64,000 nt of DNA. Source: Deltaproteobacteria bacterium HGW-Deltaproteobacteria-2. Its GTDB lineage: Bacteria > Desulfobacterota > Syntrophia > Syntrophales > Smithellaceae. The stretch is taken from NCBI GenBank assembly GCA_002840505.1, contig PHBC01000003.1, positions 569,340 to 633,339 on the forward strand. The letters run 5' to 3'. Below are positions 49,076-59,700 of this stretch, in pieces (positions within the stretch are counted from its first letter, which is position 1; every line of letters begins with the position of its first letter). The notes beneath the pieces were generated by a model. That model searched no databases and was not told the DNA's origin. It saw only the letters and a program-made list of their open reading frames with translations. A program made the translations under genes and the position numbers.

Positions 49076-50440
49076 TCACTTATTGATGAACCGGTCTTCG
49101 GCCTTCACTTTCCCTAAAAGCATCTTCCCCATGAGTAAGGACATGGAGCAGATGGACAGCGATGGCGGCGCCCCCGGTGATACGGGCATGGTGCTGCCGT
49201 CGCAGACATAAAGGTTTGCTATCTCCGTGGAGAAATCCCTGTTGACCGCCTGTCCCATGGCCAGTGTGCCTCCGGGATGACCTCCGGCCCATTTCAGAAC
49301 AGAAATGGTCTTCGGATCGCCGCCGGATTTAATGATGATCTCCCGCATAATATCCGTTCCTTTTTTCAGTTTTTTTTCATCGACAGCCGTAAAAGGCTTG
49401 CTCGTTTTTTCGTTGGGATAGATCTGCCCATGGGCTTCATCGGAAAGTTTTAAAAACAATCCCATGCCTCTTTTCACGATGGGGAATTTCGGCAGATTTT
49501 CTTTGGCGGTCTGCATGCGGAAGAAAGACAAAACTACCCAGGTTCCCCAAGCGGAACAGTTGCCGATCATAAATCCTTCGCTTTGGGCCATGGATTCGAT
49601 GGCGTGGGTAAAGGTTTGTATGCCCCAAAGTCCCCCGTCGGGATCCTTGCTGTAGCCCAGCATGATATTCATGGGATCCATGAAAAATCTGGTTCCCACT
49701 TCCTGCGTTCCCAGGCGTTTCACGCCCGACCTTAAAAGGATTGCGGGAGAACCGATGCCGCCGGCGGCGAGAATGACATTATCGCTGTTGATGACCGTGC
49801 CGTTTTTCAGCTGGACACCGGTGGCCTTTGATTTTCCGGCATTGAATATGACTTTATTGACGGGGGAATTATAAATCAGTTCCGCGCCGTATGATCTGGC
49901 TTCTTCCACATGTTCCCGGGTCGTCCAGCGGGCGTTTTCGGGACAGCCCAGCATACACCAGTCGCAGCCCAGCTTGCACTTATCGGCATGAACGAATTTT
50001 TCCTGCTCCCGGAAGGGAATTCCCATTTTTTCGGCGGATTCCAGCATCCGGTAAAGCCCTTTGTTATTGCGGTAAAATCTTTCCGGCAACACCTCGATGC
50101 CTATCTCTTTTTTAAGCTCCTTGGCTTCCTGGCTGAAATCGATTCCCATATTGTCGATCAGTTTTTTGGGAGGCTCCATGACGTTGGACTGATAAACCAT
50201 GGAGGAACCGCCGACGGTGATGCCGCGTTCGATAATCACGCCTTCCATTGACCGGGCGAAGAGCATATATCGCTCAAGAAGCCTGATGCCGAAAGGAAGC
50301 CCCAGAAACTTTTTGTGATAATCGCCTTTTTCCACCATGAGCACTTTTTTGCCCGCCTTGGCCAGTTCCCTGGCTGCCGGAGCGCCACCCGGCCCTGTTC
50401 CGACGATGATGTATTCGTATCCATTGTCTGCTTTATTCAT
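49076..50440 (-). CDS. GMC family FAD oxidoreductase
   Basis: IIVGTGPGG, VGGSS, CKLGCDWCMLGC, LAAGGIGSP, GHPGG, NLYVCDGS..P. Confidence 0.88.
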   Translation of the reverse strand: MNKADNGYEYIIVGTGPGGAPAARELAKAGKKVLMVEKGDYHKKFLGLPFGIRLLERYMLFARSMEGVIIERGITVGGSSMVYQSNVMEPPKKLIDNMGIDFSQEAKELKKEIGIEVLPERFYRNNKGLYRMLESAEKMGIPFREQEKFVHADKCKLGCDWCMLGCPENARWTTREHVEEARSYGAELIYNSPVNKVIFNAGKSKATGVQLKNGTVINSDNVILAAGGIGSPAILLRSGVKRLGTQEVGTRFFMDPMNIMLGYSKDPDGGLWGIQTFTHAIESMAQSEGFMIGNCSAWGTWVVLSFFRMQTAKENLPKFPIVKRGMGLFLKLSDEAHGQIYPNEKTSKPFTAVDEKKLKKGTDIMREIIIKSGGDPKTISVLKWAGGHPGGTLAMGQAVNRDFSTEIANLYVCDGSTMPVSPGAPPSLSICSMSLLMGKMLLGKVKAEDRFINK

Positions 50441-50464
50441 AAAAATATCCTCCCCCACTGTTGG

Positions 50465-51649
50465 TTATTTCGGTTTATAGTCGGTCCCGGCCGCCTGGAC
50501 CATTCCTTCATCTGTTGCCTGTTTATTTTTAAGCTTTTCCAGGAAAGCCTGTACCCTTGTCTTGACTTGTCCGGCCCCGCCGCCGTGGAGTTCTCGTTCC
50601 AATGCCAGCAAAGGGATTCCCCTGTTTTTTGATTCAACGCGGTACAGGTACATTTCCCCTCCCCAGATGTCGCAGAACTTTAATTTTTCAATAATGGCGC
50701 CGTCGATGCCGTATTCCTTTCTGACGCCCAGTAGATAGTCCAACCTGCGTTGAAAGTCGCCCATCATTCTGGGGCAGGACAGATGACTTAAGTATCTTTG
50801 CGCAATGGCCTGTAATGGGTCCCCTTCCGTTCCGACTTCATCCAGGAAATGACGCGCTCCCAGACAAATATTGTCAGCCACGATCACACATCCGCAGTCT
50901 TCAATAAGTTCCAGATGTTCCAGTTCCTCAATACAGCCCCCGGAAATAAAAAGGCGCATGTCGTCGGGCTTAGAAACCACACGTCCTTCTATAAATTTTT
51001 TCACATCCGTCAGGATGTCGATGGCCTTTTCCACGGGGACCGCCGTGACAGCCAGCATAACGCCTAATAACTCACTGGCTTTTATGGGCACATTTTTATT
51101 TTTTCTCAGCGCATAAATTTCCGCCAGAAGACGCCGCTTCTGATTATAAAGGCTGATGGAATTTTTAAGCGATTTGTCGGTGATGGAGATCTGAAAATGC
51201 TTCTCTATGGCTGATTTTAACTTGCTGCACTCCAGGGAAAAATATTCGAGGGCCGGCTCGTTAATCATGTGCGGGGCGAAAAACATGTACAGAAAAGAGG
51301 GGCCGATCCCGGCATAACGCCAGTTATCGTACATGCGCCGTGAATGATCGCATCCGTTCACGAAAACAACACCGTCCAGGAAATCAAAATCGCCGTTCAA
51401 AGCCTTGTTAAAGCAATGTTTGACAAATGTGCAGTTGATGGACGAATAATAAGCGTCGGCCTTTGTCGTGCTTTTGCTTTCCACTGCCCGCATGCGGTAG
51501 GGCACAAATCCTGCGGCATGGATAATCTCCTCGGGCATATACGAACAGAAATATCCGATAATTTTTTTGCCCTGTTTTTTGGCCTCCTCGAGATAATGGT
51601 TATGGGTCGATGATGCCAGTTCTCTTGTTTCATCGAGTATTGTTTTCAT
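50465..51649 (-). CDS. 2-hydroxyacyl-CoA dehydratase / benzoyl-CoA reductase subunit (HgdB/BcrC-like)
   Basis: GYFCSYMPEEIIHAAG, NGCDHSRR, SCPR, KFCD, TRVQAFLE. Confidence 0.88.
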   Translation of the reverse strand: MKTILDETRELASSTHNHYLEEAKKQGKKIIGYFCSYMPEEIIHAAGFVPYRMRAVESKSTTKADAYYSSINCTFVKHCFNKALNGDFDFLDGVVFVNGCDHSRRMYDNWRYAGIGPSFLYMFFAPHMINEPALEYFSLECSKLKSAIEKHFQISITDKSLKNSISLYNQKRRLLAEIYALRKNKNVPIKASELLGVMLAVTAVPVEKAIDILTDVKKFIEGRVVSKPDDMRLFISGGCIEELEHLELIEDCGCVIVADNICLGARHFLDEVGTEGDPLQAIAQRYLSHLSCPRMMGDFQRRLDYLLGVRKEYGIDGAIIEKLKFCDIWGGEMYLYRVESKNRGIPLLALERELHGGGAGQVKTRVQAFLEKLKNKQATDEGMVQAAGTDYKPK

Positions 51650-53034
51650 ACGAATCCGTTGCTCCTGAAAAATTCTGTTATCCAGCGTTTGATGTCATCC
51701 TCTGTCGCATGTCTCTGATCCATGATATCCATATTCATGAACAGCGAAGGCAAACCCCGTTTTTTCAGCAGGTCCTTGATAATGCCGATGACACCCCAGC
51801 CATGTTTACAGCCGGCGTGTCCCGCGAAAATCAGGCAATCAGGCGAATATTCTTTAATGGCCTGTTCCAGTTCCGATAATATGTATTCCACCGGTCCGTG
51901 ACACTGCCTGGCCATCGCCAGGTAAAGATGATTTTTGGCCATATCGCGAATCATTGTTTTTTCCGAGGAGGTATCAATCTGCGGCATTTGGACGTCGCCG
52001 ATAAAATCCTTGACCACGACGGCGCCGAATTCATCTTCCATCCACTTGAAGACGTAGGCAAAAAAAGCAATCGGTGGGTTCCACCATAACACACGGATAT
52101 TTTCTTTTTTGACGACACCAATACCCTTTTCGTAACGATCCTTGACGACCTCGTACATGCGTTTGGCCATTTCGGTGCCGTTGGAGTCGCCAATGGCGAT
52201 TTCCCGCACGACCCAGGCGAAAATCGGCGTGATCATCGAGGCCGGCGACGGGACAGCCCGCATCATTTCGCATATTTCCTGCATATAGAAGTTGAATTTA
52301 TTTTCATTTTCAACAATCTGTTTGAGCCGGTCCCAGTTGATTTTCTGATGAAGGGTTTTTTCCAGGAAATCAATGAGACGCCACATGTTTTTTTCATAGT
52401 AATCAAAGCCGTCCTCATCGCGCCAGTAGGGGGAGTCAAAAAAGAACACCGGTGCGCCCGTCAGATGACGCACGCCCTGATAAGCGGCGACATTGGTGTC
52501 GCATGGATGCGAACCCGCAATGATCGCCGCGGGCTTGGGAGTTTGCCCCAACATGTAGGCTCCCGCCGTCAGCTTGATGGCCGAGCAGTATTCGGTGGCA
52601 AAGCCCGCGCTTTCCGCTTCCTCCATCAGCTGGGACGGCACGTCTTGACCGGACAAGTTTCCGAACACATTAAGCGCTTCCGGATTAAAGGGAAGGGCGT
52701 CAAAGGCATTCACGATTTCAGAGGAAAGAATCCACTCCACCCAGACGACGGGCTTGCCTTGTTCGTTCGCTGTCAGAGCCTTTTTCATATTATCGACAAA
52801 GGCTTTCGCCCCGTAGCGGTAGGCTTTGATTTCCTCGGGCGGCAAGATTCCCGCTCCCATGATCAGGAAAGCGTATCTGAACAGGTGATTGAAGTAAGTC
52901 TCTCGTTTGACGTAGAGCGGTCGGGTCAGCTTCAGGACCCAGTAGGCAAAATTAGGAAAGGTCATAAGGTAATATCCGGAATTCAGAAACCTGGCGCTCC
53001 ATTTAAGGTACTGAAAGGGTTTTGGTTTTTTCAA
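51646..53034 (-). CDS. 2-hydroxyacyl-CoA dehydratase / benzoyl-CoA reductase subunit (HgdA/BcrB-like)
   Basis: EYCS, HPCD, GHAGCK motifs; N-terminal hydrophobic extension. Confidence 0.85.
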   Translation of the reverse strand: MKKPKPFQYLKWSARFLNSGYYLMTFPNFAYWVLKLTRPLYVKRETYFNHLFRYAFLIMGAGILPPEEIKAYRYGAKAFVDNMKKALTANEQGKPVVWVEWILSSEIVNAFDALPFNPEALNVFGNLSGQDVPSQLMEEAESAGFATEYCSAIKLTAGAYMLGQTPKPAAIIAGSHPCDTNVAAYQGVRHLTGAPVFFFDSPYWRDEDGFDYYEKNMWRLIDFLEKTLHQKINWDRLKQIVENENKFNFYMQEICEMMRAVPSPASMITPIFAWVVREIAIGDSNGTEMAKRMYEVVKDRYEKGIGVVKKENIRVLWWNPPIAFFAYVFKWMEDEFGAVVVKDFIGDVQMPQIDTSSEKTMIRDMAKNHLYLAMARQCHGPVEYILSELEQAIKEYSPDCLIFAGHAGCKHGWGVIGIIKDLLKKRGLPSLFMNMDIMDQRHATEDDIKRWITEFFRSNGFV

Positions 53035-53057
53035 TGATGTTCTCCTTGATGAGTGTA

Positions 53058-53411
53058 TTAATATTTTTTCGGCGGGGTTAATTCCGGCTGCTGTGTCAAC
53101 TTGCGGAAAAAGAACCCCGCGTTAAAACCCCGTTTGATACGGATGGCCTCCTCGGGACAGGCGGCAGCACAATCTCCGCAGGCCATGCAAAGGGATATGC
53201 CCGGCGCTGTTTCAATCAGTTGAGGAATTTTCTTCTTGGCATCGTCGCTTCTTTTTGTCATGGTCAGTCCGCGGGCCGGGCAGATGGAAACGCAGATGCC
53301 GCAGCCGTTGCATAGCGCACTATTGAAATCGACTATGCCATAAGTCATCTGACTTTCTTTGAAATAGTTCGGTATTTTCCCTTTTTTCCCCCATGAAAGG
53401 TTTAGCATCAT
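53058..53411 (-). CDS. 2x[4Fe-4S] ferredoxin-like protein
   Basis: CNGCGICVSICP and CMACGDCAAACP; start overlaps the nitroreductase stop. Confidence 0.88.
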   Translation of the reverse strand: MMLNLSWGKKGKIPNYFKESQMTYGIVDFNSALCNGCGICVSICPARGLTMTKRSDDAKKKIPQLIETAPGISLCMACGDCAAACPEEAIRIKRGFNAGFFFRKLTQQPELTPPKKY

Positions 53412-54160
53412 TACACCCCCTGCCTTTCGATTCTTTTCTTTCCGCCTGCTTCTATCCACTCGACCATCTGAACTTCCCTTGCCACCTCGCCGTCATAGTC
53501 ACCCTTGGGCCAGCCCAGGACAAGACAATCGGAGAGTTCGTAGGGGGCGGTCACTCCCAGCTTTTTCCGCCAGAGGGGATTCATCATTAAAACGGTTATC
53601 ATGCCGATCCAACAAGTTCCCAGCCCGAGACTGTGCGCGGCCAGCACAATATTCTGTCCGCAAATACCGGCATCCAGGGCCGGATTTCCTATGCCCCGCT
53701 TGTCAATCAAAAGGAGAATCATGACGGGAGCATTGTGATAAATCGGCGTCTTTTCGGCTGCAATCTGCTGCAGGAGATTGAAAGGAACGGGATGCATCTT
53801 GTTGGGCATCAGACGGGTCAGAAACTTTGTGTACGGAGTCAGAAAGATTCGTCGAAAGGCGTTTCTGTTATAATCGACAAACCACATGAGTAATCTGGAC
53901 ATTTTGATCGTCGCCCGTTCCATTTCGGCAATTAGCTCCTGATCGGTAATAACAACGAACTTCCATGGTTGAGCATTTCCGGCCGTGGGAGAGAATCTTC
54001 CGGCTTCCAGAACCCTTCGGATCAGATTGTCGGGCACGGGATTTTTCTTAAAGTTCCGGTTGCTCCTTCTTTCCATGATGACTTTTTCCACGGGATTCCA
54101 TTCCATCCCCTCCTGGTAGGTATAGAGGGGGGAAAGATTATCTGTCGGTTTTTTTGCCAT
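53411..54160 (-). CDS. Nitroreductase family flavoprotein
   Basis: RRSNRNF, SPTAGNAQPWKFVV, AHSLGLGTCWIG. Confidence 0.92.
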   Translation of the reverse strand: MAKKPTDNLSPLYTYQEGMEWNPVEKVIMERRSNRNFKKNPVPDNLIRRVLEAGRFSPTAGNAQPWKFVVITDQELIAEMERATIKMSRLLMWFVDYNRNAFRRIFLTPYTKFLTRLMPNKMHPVPFNLLQQIAAEKTPIYHNAPVMILLLIDKRGIGNPALDAGICGQNIVLAAHSLGLGTCWIGMITVLMMNPLWRKKLGVTAPYELSDCLVLGWPKGDYDGEVAREVQMVEWIEAGGKKRIERQGV

Positions 54161-54197
54161 GTTTCACCTCTTTTTTTCCCTTAATGGTCTTAACGGT

Positions 54198-54647
54198 TCA
54201 GTAAATTCCATCTTTCGTCTTCCAGAGGAAGGCGGCAAAGAAAATTGAAAAGATAAAGTCGCCCGAACATATCAGGATGGAAAAGAAAGATGACTGACCC
54301 AGCGCGTAGTAATAGGCGAATGTGAAAAAGATCATGAGCTTGGCGACCAGTCCCAGCCAGATCACGGCCCGGTTGGCCAGCAGATCGCGAGAGACCCAAT
54401 AGTATCCTGTGCCGAAGAGGATCACGGCGATCATGAAAAACCGGAAAAATATCAAGGTCTGGAGATTGTCTATTACCGGAACCGTGCCATTGATGAAGGC
54501 AGAGAGATTTTCCGTCATCGGCGCCTTGCCGAACATCATCATGATGATAAAATCTGTGAACAAAAGGCTGGTTACCCCGATACCTATGTTCCATAGCGAG
54601 CCGACAAAAAACATCTTTCGCCAGAAGCCGGTTTTCACGTTACCCAT
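54198..54647 (-). CDS. Hypothetical 4-TM membrane protein
   Basis: Four hydrophobic segments; GGAGG RBS. Confidence 0.7.
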   Translation of the reverse strand: MGNVKTGFWRKMFFVGSLWNIGIGVTSLLFTDFIIMMMFGKAPMTENLSAFINGTVPVIDNLQTLIFFRFFMIAVILFGTGYYWVSRDLLANRAVIWLGLVAKLMIFFTFAYYYALGQSSFFSILICSGDFIFSIFFAAFLWKTKDGIY

Positions 54648-54710
54648 TGCTGTTGCCTCCTTTATTATGAAATAATGGCAATTTTTATTATACGGTCTTA
54701 TCTGAAGCCG

Positions 54711-56411
54711 TCATACATAGGCCTTTTTGCTTTCGTCCCAGGTGCCGGATACAACCTTCAAAATTTCCAGTTCCTTTTTCTTGACCCGGTGTGTTTCCGT
54801 CTTGGGAAGTTCCGGGACTATTTTCACGTAGCGGGGAACGGCAAATTTGGGCAGATTTTCTTTCAGGTATTCGATCAGGCCACTCTCCTTCAGTTCTTTG
54901 CCTTCCACAAGCGTTATGGATGCCATGATGTCGTCCTCGGCGAGTTCGGAAGGTACGGCATAAACGGCGGCCTCCAGGACGTCGGTATGCTTCTGAATCG
55001 CCTGCTCGACTTCAAAGGCCGAAACATTTTCACCTTTGATCCGCATGGACTCGGTATTTCTTCCAATAAAGTAAAGATAACCCTTTGCATCCCGTTTTAT
55101 CAAATCGCCGGTGAAAATGTATCCTCTACTCATTTTTTCCGACGATGCTTTTTCGTTTTTATAGTACTCCACCGAAGAAGAGTTCTTTTTGCCGGAGACC
55201 GGAAAGACCAGCTCGCCCGGCGTACCGTCGGGGACATCGTTCATATCGGCATCAACAATGCGGTACTTGACCTTCATGGGCGGTTTGCCGATGGATCCCA
55301 CCGGCGCCGTGCCCAGATTCAGGATGGTCTTGCCGCCGCCGTCAACGGCGCCGTATGTTTCGTAAATATTCAATCCGAAGCGTTTCTCGAATTTTTCCCA
55401 GAGATCGGCGGGACAGGCCGCCGAAATAATGAAACGGACTTTGTGCTGTCTGTCGGTCATCTTTTCGGGCTGCTTCATCATGATAGGGATCATGGCACCG
55501 ATCGTATTGAAGGTGGTAACATTATATTTCAGGATATCATCCCAGAAGCGGCTGGCAGAAAACTTTCTCGCGAGAGCAACCTTGGCACCCACACTAAGCG
55601 CGTTGGTTACGGTTACAAACAGGGCATTGCCGTGAAAAAGCGGCATTGCCGTATAGAGTACATCGCTTTTTTTGAAAAGCATCACTGCCACCAGAGAAAG
55701 CAGTTTCACGGATGATTTCCGATATCGGTAAACAACGCCTTTGGGAAGTCCCGTAGTCCCGGACGTATAAGTAATAAAGCAAATATCATCCTTGCGGTAG
55801 CCGATACCCGGATTTGCAGACGAACACCTGTAGGCTTCGTCAAGAACGTGATAACCTTGCGGATATTTCCCCCGCTTTGCGGTAGATGGATTGACAATGA
55901 TGGTCTTAATGTTTTCCAGCCGGTCGGCAACCTTCTGCAGGGTTTCAAGGTAGGTGTCATCGATAACAAGATACTGCGCGTCGCAATGGTTGAGAATATA
56001 GAGGAGGCTATCCCCCTTCAGTGAGGTGTTGACGGGCACGGCATACATACCGATCTTCTGGATACCGATAAAAATGTCAAGGAAACGGGGAGAATTGTCC
56101 ATAAGAATTGCAACGCCCTTGCCCTGACCGCCACCCAAAGAAATAAAATAATTGGCCAATCGGCTGGCGTTTTCATTCATCTGGCGATAAGAGTAGGTCT
56201 CATCATCGAACATGAGGAAGACCCTGTCCTTGTATCGGGCGGCCTTTTCTTCCATCAATTCCCCCCAGGACATCTCCTCACGAATCTCCGTCTTGGGAAC
56301 GCCGCGTATGTTTTTCAGGAAAGTGCCTCTTCTGATTTCATTCAAGGAAAACAAAAAAACAGATTTTAATACATTTTTCGCCAAACCAAATTTTCTTAAT
56401 GTTCTATTCAC
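54711..56411 (-). CDS. AMP-dependent acyl-CoA ligase (CaiC-like)
   Basis: YTSGTTGLPKGV, PLFHGNA, ETYG, FTGD, GENVSAFEVE, PKTETHRVKK. Confidence 0.93.
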   Translation of the reverse strand: MNRTLRKFGLAKNVLKSVFLFSLNEIRRGTFLKNIRGVPKTEIREEMSWGELMEEKAARYKDRVFLMFDDETYSYRQMNENASRLANYFISLGGGQGKGVAILMDNSPRFLDIFIGIQKIGMYAVPVNTSLKGDSLLYILNHCDAQYLVIDDTYLETLQKVADRLENIKTIIVNPSTAKRGKYPQGYHVLDEAYRCSSANPGIGYRKDDICFITYTSGTTGLPKGVVYRYRKSSVKLLSLVAVMLFKKSDVLYTAMPLFHGNALFVTVTNALSVGAKVALARKFSASRFWDDILKYNVTTFNTIGAMIPIMMKQPEKMTDRQHKVRFIISAACPADLWEKFEKRFGLNIYETYGAVDGGGKTILNLGTAPVGSIGKPPMKVKYRIVDADMNDVPDGTPGELVFPVSGKKNSSSVEYYKNEKASSEKMSRGYIFTGDLIKRDAKGYLYFIGRNTESMRIKGENVSAFEVEQAIQKHTDVLEAAVYAVPSELAEDDIMASITLVEGKELKESGLIEYLKENLPKFAVPRYVKIVPELPKTETHRVKKKELEILKVVSGTWDESKKAYV

Positions 56412-56435
56412 GGTAAATCTCCTTAATCCATCTTG

Positions 56436-57833
56436 CTACAGAGTGGGTTTTTCCAGAATGTGTATGCACATGGCAGCCTCTTCCACACCAAGCGCGCCGC
56501 CACCATTTTCGGCGAGTGCAATTTTCGCCCCGGACACCTGTCTTGCCCCGGCCGCGCCCCTGAGTTGGGTCACCAGTTCATGGATCTGTGCAAGACCTGA
56601 AGCCCCGATGGGATGGCCGCGTGATTCCAGGCCGCCACTGGGATTAACGGGCTGTTTGCCTCCGAGCTTCGTCGCCCCGCTTTCAGCATACTTTCCTCCT
56701 TCACCCAGGCGGCAAAAGCCGAGCGATTCGCACTGGTGCATCTCGCCATAGGCCGAGGCATCGTGTACTTCCGCGAAAGCGATCTCGGCAGGTCCCACGC
56801 CGGCTTTTTCATAGGCCAATCGACTCAGCCGTTCACCGATATCGATCCCGTCGCGCTCCCTGGCCATGCCGGACCCCAGAATGGAGGCTCTCACTTTCAC
56901 GGCCTGAGAGGTAAGTCCCAGGCGTCTGACCGTACTTTCGTCACAGAGGATCGCCGAAGCGGCACCGTCACCGATGGGGGCGCACATGGAACGGGTCAGC
57001 GGCCAGGTGACGAGGCGATCCGCCAGCACTTCTTCCTTGGAAACGAGGAACTGATACTGGGCATTGGGATTCAGGGAAGAATGAAAATGATTCTTGGAGG
57101 CGATGACAGCCAGTTGTTCAATGGTGCTGCCGAACTTCTTCATATGCTGGCGCGCCTCGTAACCGTAAACATCCATGAATGGAGAATGATCGCCGCCCAT
57201 TTTCCGCAGTTTTTTCACCATATCATACCCCATGGTTTCACCGATCCGGATGGCGATGACAAAGGCGTCGCGCTGGGTCATGAACTTGTCTTTGAAGGTC
57301 TTTTTTTTGCCCTTGCCGGAGCCTTTCTTCGCCATGCCCCTGTATTTCTCAATGTGAGCCGCCATGGCCTTTTTTTCATCGTCGCTCAAAGCAACATCGC
57401 CTAATCTTTTCAGAGTTTCCCCGAAATTTCCCACGTCTAAACCGGTAAGAAATCCCGAAAAAACAAGCGACTGATTCCGGTCGTAAATTTTTTCCGCTCC
57501 CAGGGCCATCGTGATGTCATACAAACCGCTGGCAACACCCATCCAGGCATGATGCAGAGCGGTCGAGCCGCCGGCACATGCGTTTTCCAGATTCGTGATC
57601 GGGATGGCATCTATCCCCAAAGGGCGGAGGGCGACCTGACCGCGGATACAGACCTGTCTTTTATATTCACCCCATGCCGAATTGGAGAACCAGAGCGCCT
57701 GAATATGTTTTTTATCCAGTCCCGCTTCTTTCAGGCACGGCAACACCGTCATGGCCGACAGATCGGTTATAGTCTTTTCCAAGTACTTGCCGAACTTGAT
57801 AGTGTGAGCCGCGATGACATATACATCTCTCAT
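56436..57833 (-). CDS. Thiolase, SCP2/SCP-x type
   Basis: ENACAGGS, CAPIGDGA, EVHDA, NPSGGL, GHPIGASG, ENGGG. Confidence 0.9.
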   Translation of the reverse strand: MRDVYVIAAHTIKFGKYLEKTITDLSAMTVLPCLKEAGLDKKHIQALWFSNSAWGEYKRQVCIRGQVALRPLGIDAIPITNLENACAGGSTALHHAWMGVASGLYDITMALGAEKIYDRNQSLVFSGFLTGLDVGNFGETLKRLGDVALSDDEKKAMAAHIEKYRGMAKKGSGKGKKKTFKDKFMTQRDAFVIAIRIGETMGYDMVKKLRKMGGDHSPFMDVYGYEARQHMKKFGSTIEQLAVIASKNHFHSSLNPNAQYQFLVSKEEVLADRLVTWPLTRSMCAPIGDGAASAILCDESTVRRLGLTSQAVKVRASILGSGMARERDGIDIGERLSRLAYEKAGVGPAEIAFAEVHDASAYGEMHQCESLGFCRLGEGGKYAESGATKLGGKQPVNPSGGLESRGHPIGASGLAQIHELVTQLRGAAGARQVSGAKIALAENGGGALGVEEAAMCIHILEKPTL

Positions 57834-57881
57834 AATTTACTCCCGCTGAACATATTAAAAGCACGTTTGTCATGCCTTGTT

Positions 57882-58694
57882 TCAAATTCTTTTTTCCGAG
57901 ACGATCAGACCGTCGCGGTTTTTTCTTCCTTGCGCGAGCAGAGCGGCGCCGAAAGCGGCAACCGACTGCGCATCAATAGACAACGTCAGCATTTTTCTGC
58001 CGGTCAACTCGCCCAGTTTTTCCCGGACCGCCGGAATTTTGGACATTCCTCCGATCAGGGCAATACCGTCCAGCGCCCCCGCGCCGTCGATAAGAGAGGC
58101 GGCTTTGGAAGCCACGGCATTGATGACGCCGGCGAGAACATCATCCGATTTCATTCCGGCATTGACCTGCGAAATTATCTCGCTTTCGGCAAAGACGGCA
58201 CAGTTACTGGTAAAGGAGTAGGGTTGAGCGGACTGGGAAGCCAATGATGAAATCATATCAAAGGGAACATTTATCGCCTCGGCTACCATTTCCAGAAACT
58301 TGCCACTTCCGGCGGCGCATCTTTCATTGATATGGGTAGTTTCCAGAAAGCCGTTCTGATCGAGCGTGGAAACGGTGATAAAAAGCCCGCCCATGTCCAC
58401 GACGGTTCTAATGTCACGGTTGAGAAAAAAGGCGGCTTTTGCCGTACAGGCGGCGTCTCCGAGCGTGAACGCCGCTTTTTTTACCAGATGACCGCCGAAA
58501 CCGGTGGCAATGATTTTTTTTATGTCCCATCTTCCCACGCCTGCCTGCGCGCGGGCTTCTTTTAAAAGAGAACGGATAATGGCGTCGAAGCGGGGTCCCA
58601 TTTCCGCGCAGGCATATCCGCGCAGGCTCTCGCCGTCGGTTACACCAACCTTGATGAAACGGGTTCCGACATCAATACCGGCCGTGATCATCAT
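57882..58694 (-). CDS. ATP-dependent dehydratase/reductase activase (BadF/BadG/BcrA/BcrD)
   Basis: GIDVGT, ATGFG, DMGG, NERCAAGSG, NCAVFAES. Confidence 0.9.
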   Translation of the reverse strand: MMITAGIDVGTRFIKVGVTDGESLRGYACAEMGPRFDAIIRSLLKEARAQAGVGRWDIKKIIATGFGGHLVKKAAFTLGDAACTAKAAFFLNRDIRTVVDMGGLFITVSTLDQNGFLETTHINERCAAGSGKFLEMVAEAINVPFDMISSLASQSAQPYSFTSNCAVFAESEIISQVNAGMKSDDVLAGVINAVASKAASLIDGAGALDGIALIGGMSKIPAVREKLGELTGRKMLTLSIDAQSVAAFGAALLAQGRKNRDGLIVSEKRI

Positions 58695-59482
58695 GATGGC
58701 CCTCCTGTCTCGATGGCCTGCATCGCGTAACAGGCGGCGCCCAGCGCGCCGATAACCTGCGGATCCACGTGAAGCGCTTTAAATGATTTGTTCATGTGAT
58801 AAGCCAGTTGCCGCACCACGCCGGGATTTTTAGAAACCCCGCCGGTGATGCAAACATTATCTTCGATGTCGATGGCTTTGGCGAGACCCGCCACTCGTTT
58901 GGCCACTGCGTCAGCAATCCCACAGGCGACATGCTTGAGTTTTTTTCGGGTATAGAGATGATTGAGAACTTCCAGTTCCATAAAAATGCTGCACTTGTTG
59001 GTAATATTGATCGGCTTTTTGGATTTGACGGCCAGATTGCCTAATTCCTCCAGTTTGACGCCGATGGTTCTGGCCAGAATCTCCAGCGACCGTCCCGTGC
59101 CGGCGGCACACTTGTCGTTCATGATGAAATCACGGATATTGCCGTTTGCATCAATCAGAATGACCTTGCAATCCTGTCCGCCTATATCAATGACCGTGCG
59201 AATGCTTGGATCAGCGCGGAAGGCTCCCAAGCCGTGACAGGATATTTCGCTCATATTTATTTGCGCGAAAGGAATCTCATAGCGTCCGTAGCCGGTGCTG
59301 CAGCAGCAGTCCAGATCGGAAAAACGAAGACGGGCCGAGGCCAGGGCTTTTTCCATTACTTCGTTGGCCGAGTTTATGTTTGTCGATTTCACGCGGATGA
59401 TCTCAGAGGCCAGTGGGCCCTTTTCATTCATGATGTAGGCTTTGGCGGTTAGAGATCCCACATCGCAACCTGCTGCAATCAT
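58691..59482 (-). CDS. ATP-dependent dehydratase/reductase activase (BadF/BadG/BcrA/BcrD)
   Basis: GCDVGS, STGYGR, SEISCH, DIGGQD, MNDKCAAGTG, KCSIF. Confidence 0.92.
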   Translation of the reverse strand: MIAAGCDVGSLTAKAYIMNEKGPLASEIIRVKSTNINSANEVMEKALASARLRFSDLDCCCSTGYGRYEIPFAQINMSEISCHGLGAFRADPSIRTVIDIGGQDCKVILIDANGNIRDFIMNDKCAAGTGRSLEILARTIGVKLEELGNLAVKSKKPINITNKCSIFMELEVLNHLYTRKKLKHVACGIADAVAKRVAGLAKAIDIEDNVCITGGVSKNPGVVRQLAYHMNKSFKALHVDPQVIGALGAACYAMQAIETGGPS

Positions 59483-59565
59483 AGATTCCTTTGTTTATTA
59501 TTCCTGAATTTCCATGTTCTCAAACGGCGAAACGGTACGATATCCCAGAAACATTATTGTATAAA

Positions 59566-59593
59566 TTTATAGTAAATAGCTACACAATGTCAA
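59566..59593 (-). promoter_or_regulatory. Putative sigma70 promoter of the activase operon
   Basis: Minus-strand TTGACA-16-TATAAA. Confidence 0.5.
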
Positions 59594-59630
59594 GTATTTT
59601 GTATATCTATTTTGGTAATTCAATAACTGT

Positions 59631-59659
59631 TTGACAGGATATCATTAATCGATTATACT
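59631..59659 (+). promoter_or_regulatory. Sigma70 promoter of gntR
   Basis: TTGACA-17-TATACT. Confidence 0.7.
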
Positions 59660-59700
59660 TCTTATAATTCAATATACTCTAACTTGAAGGTGAAAAGGAA

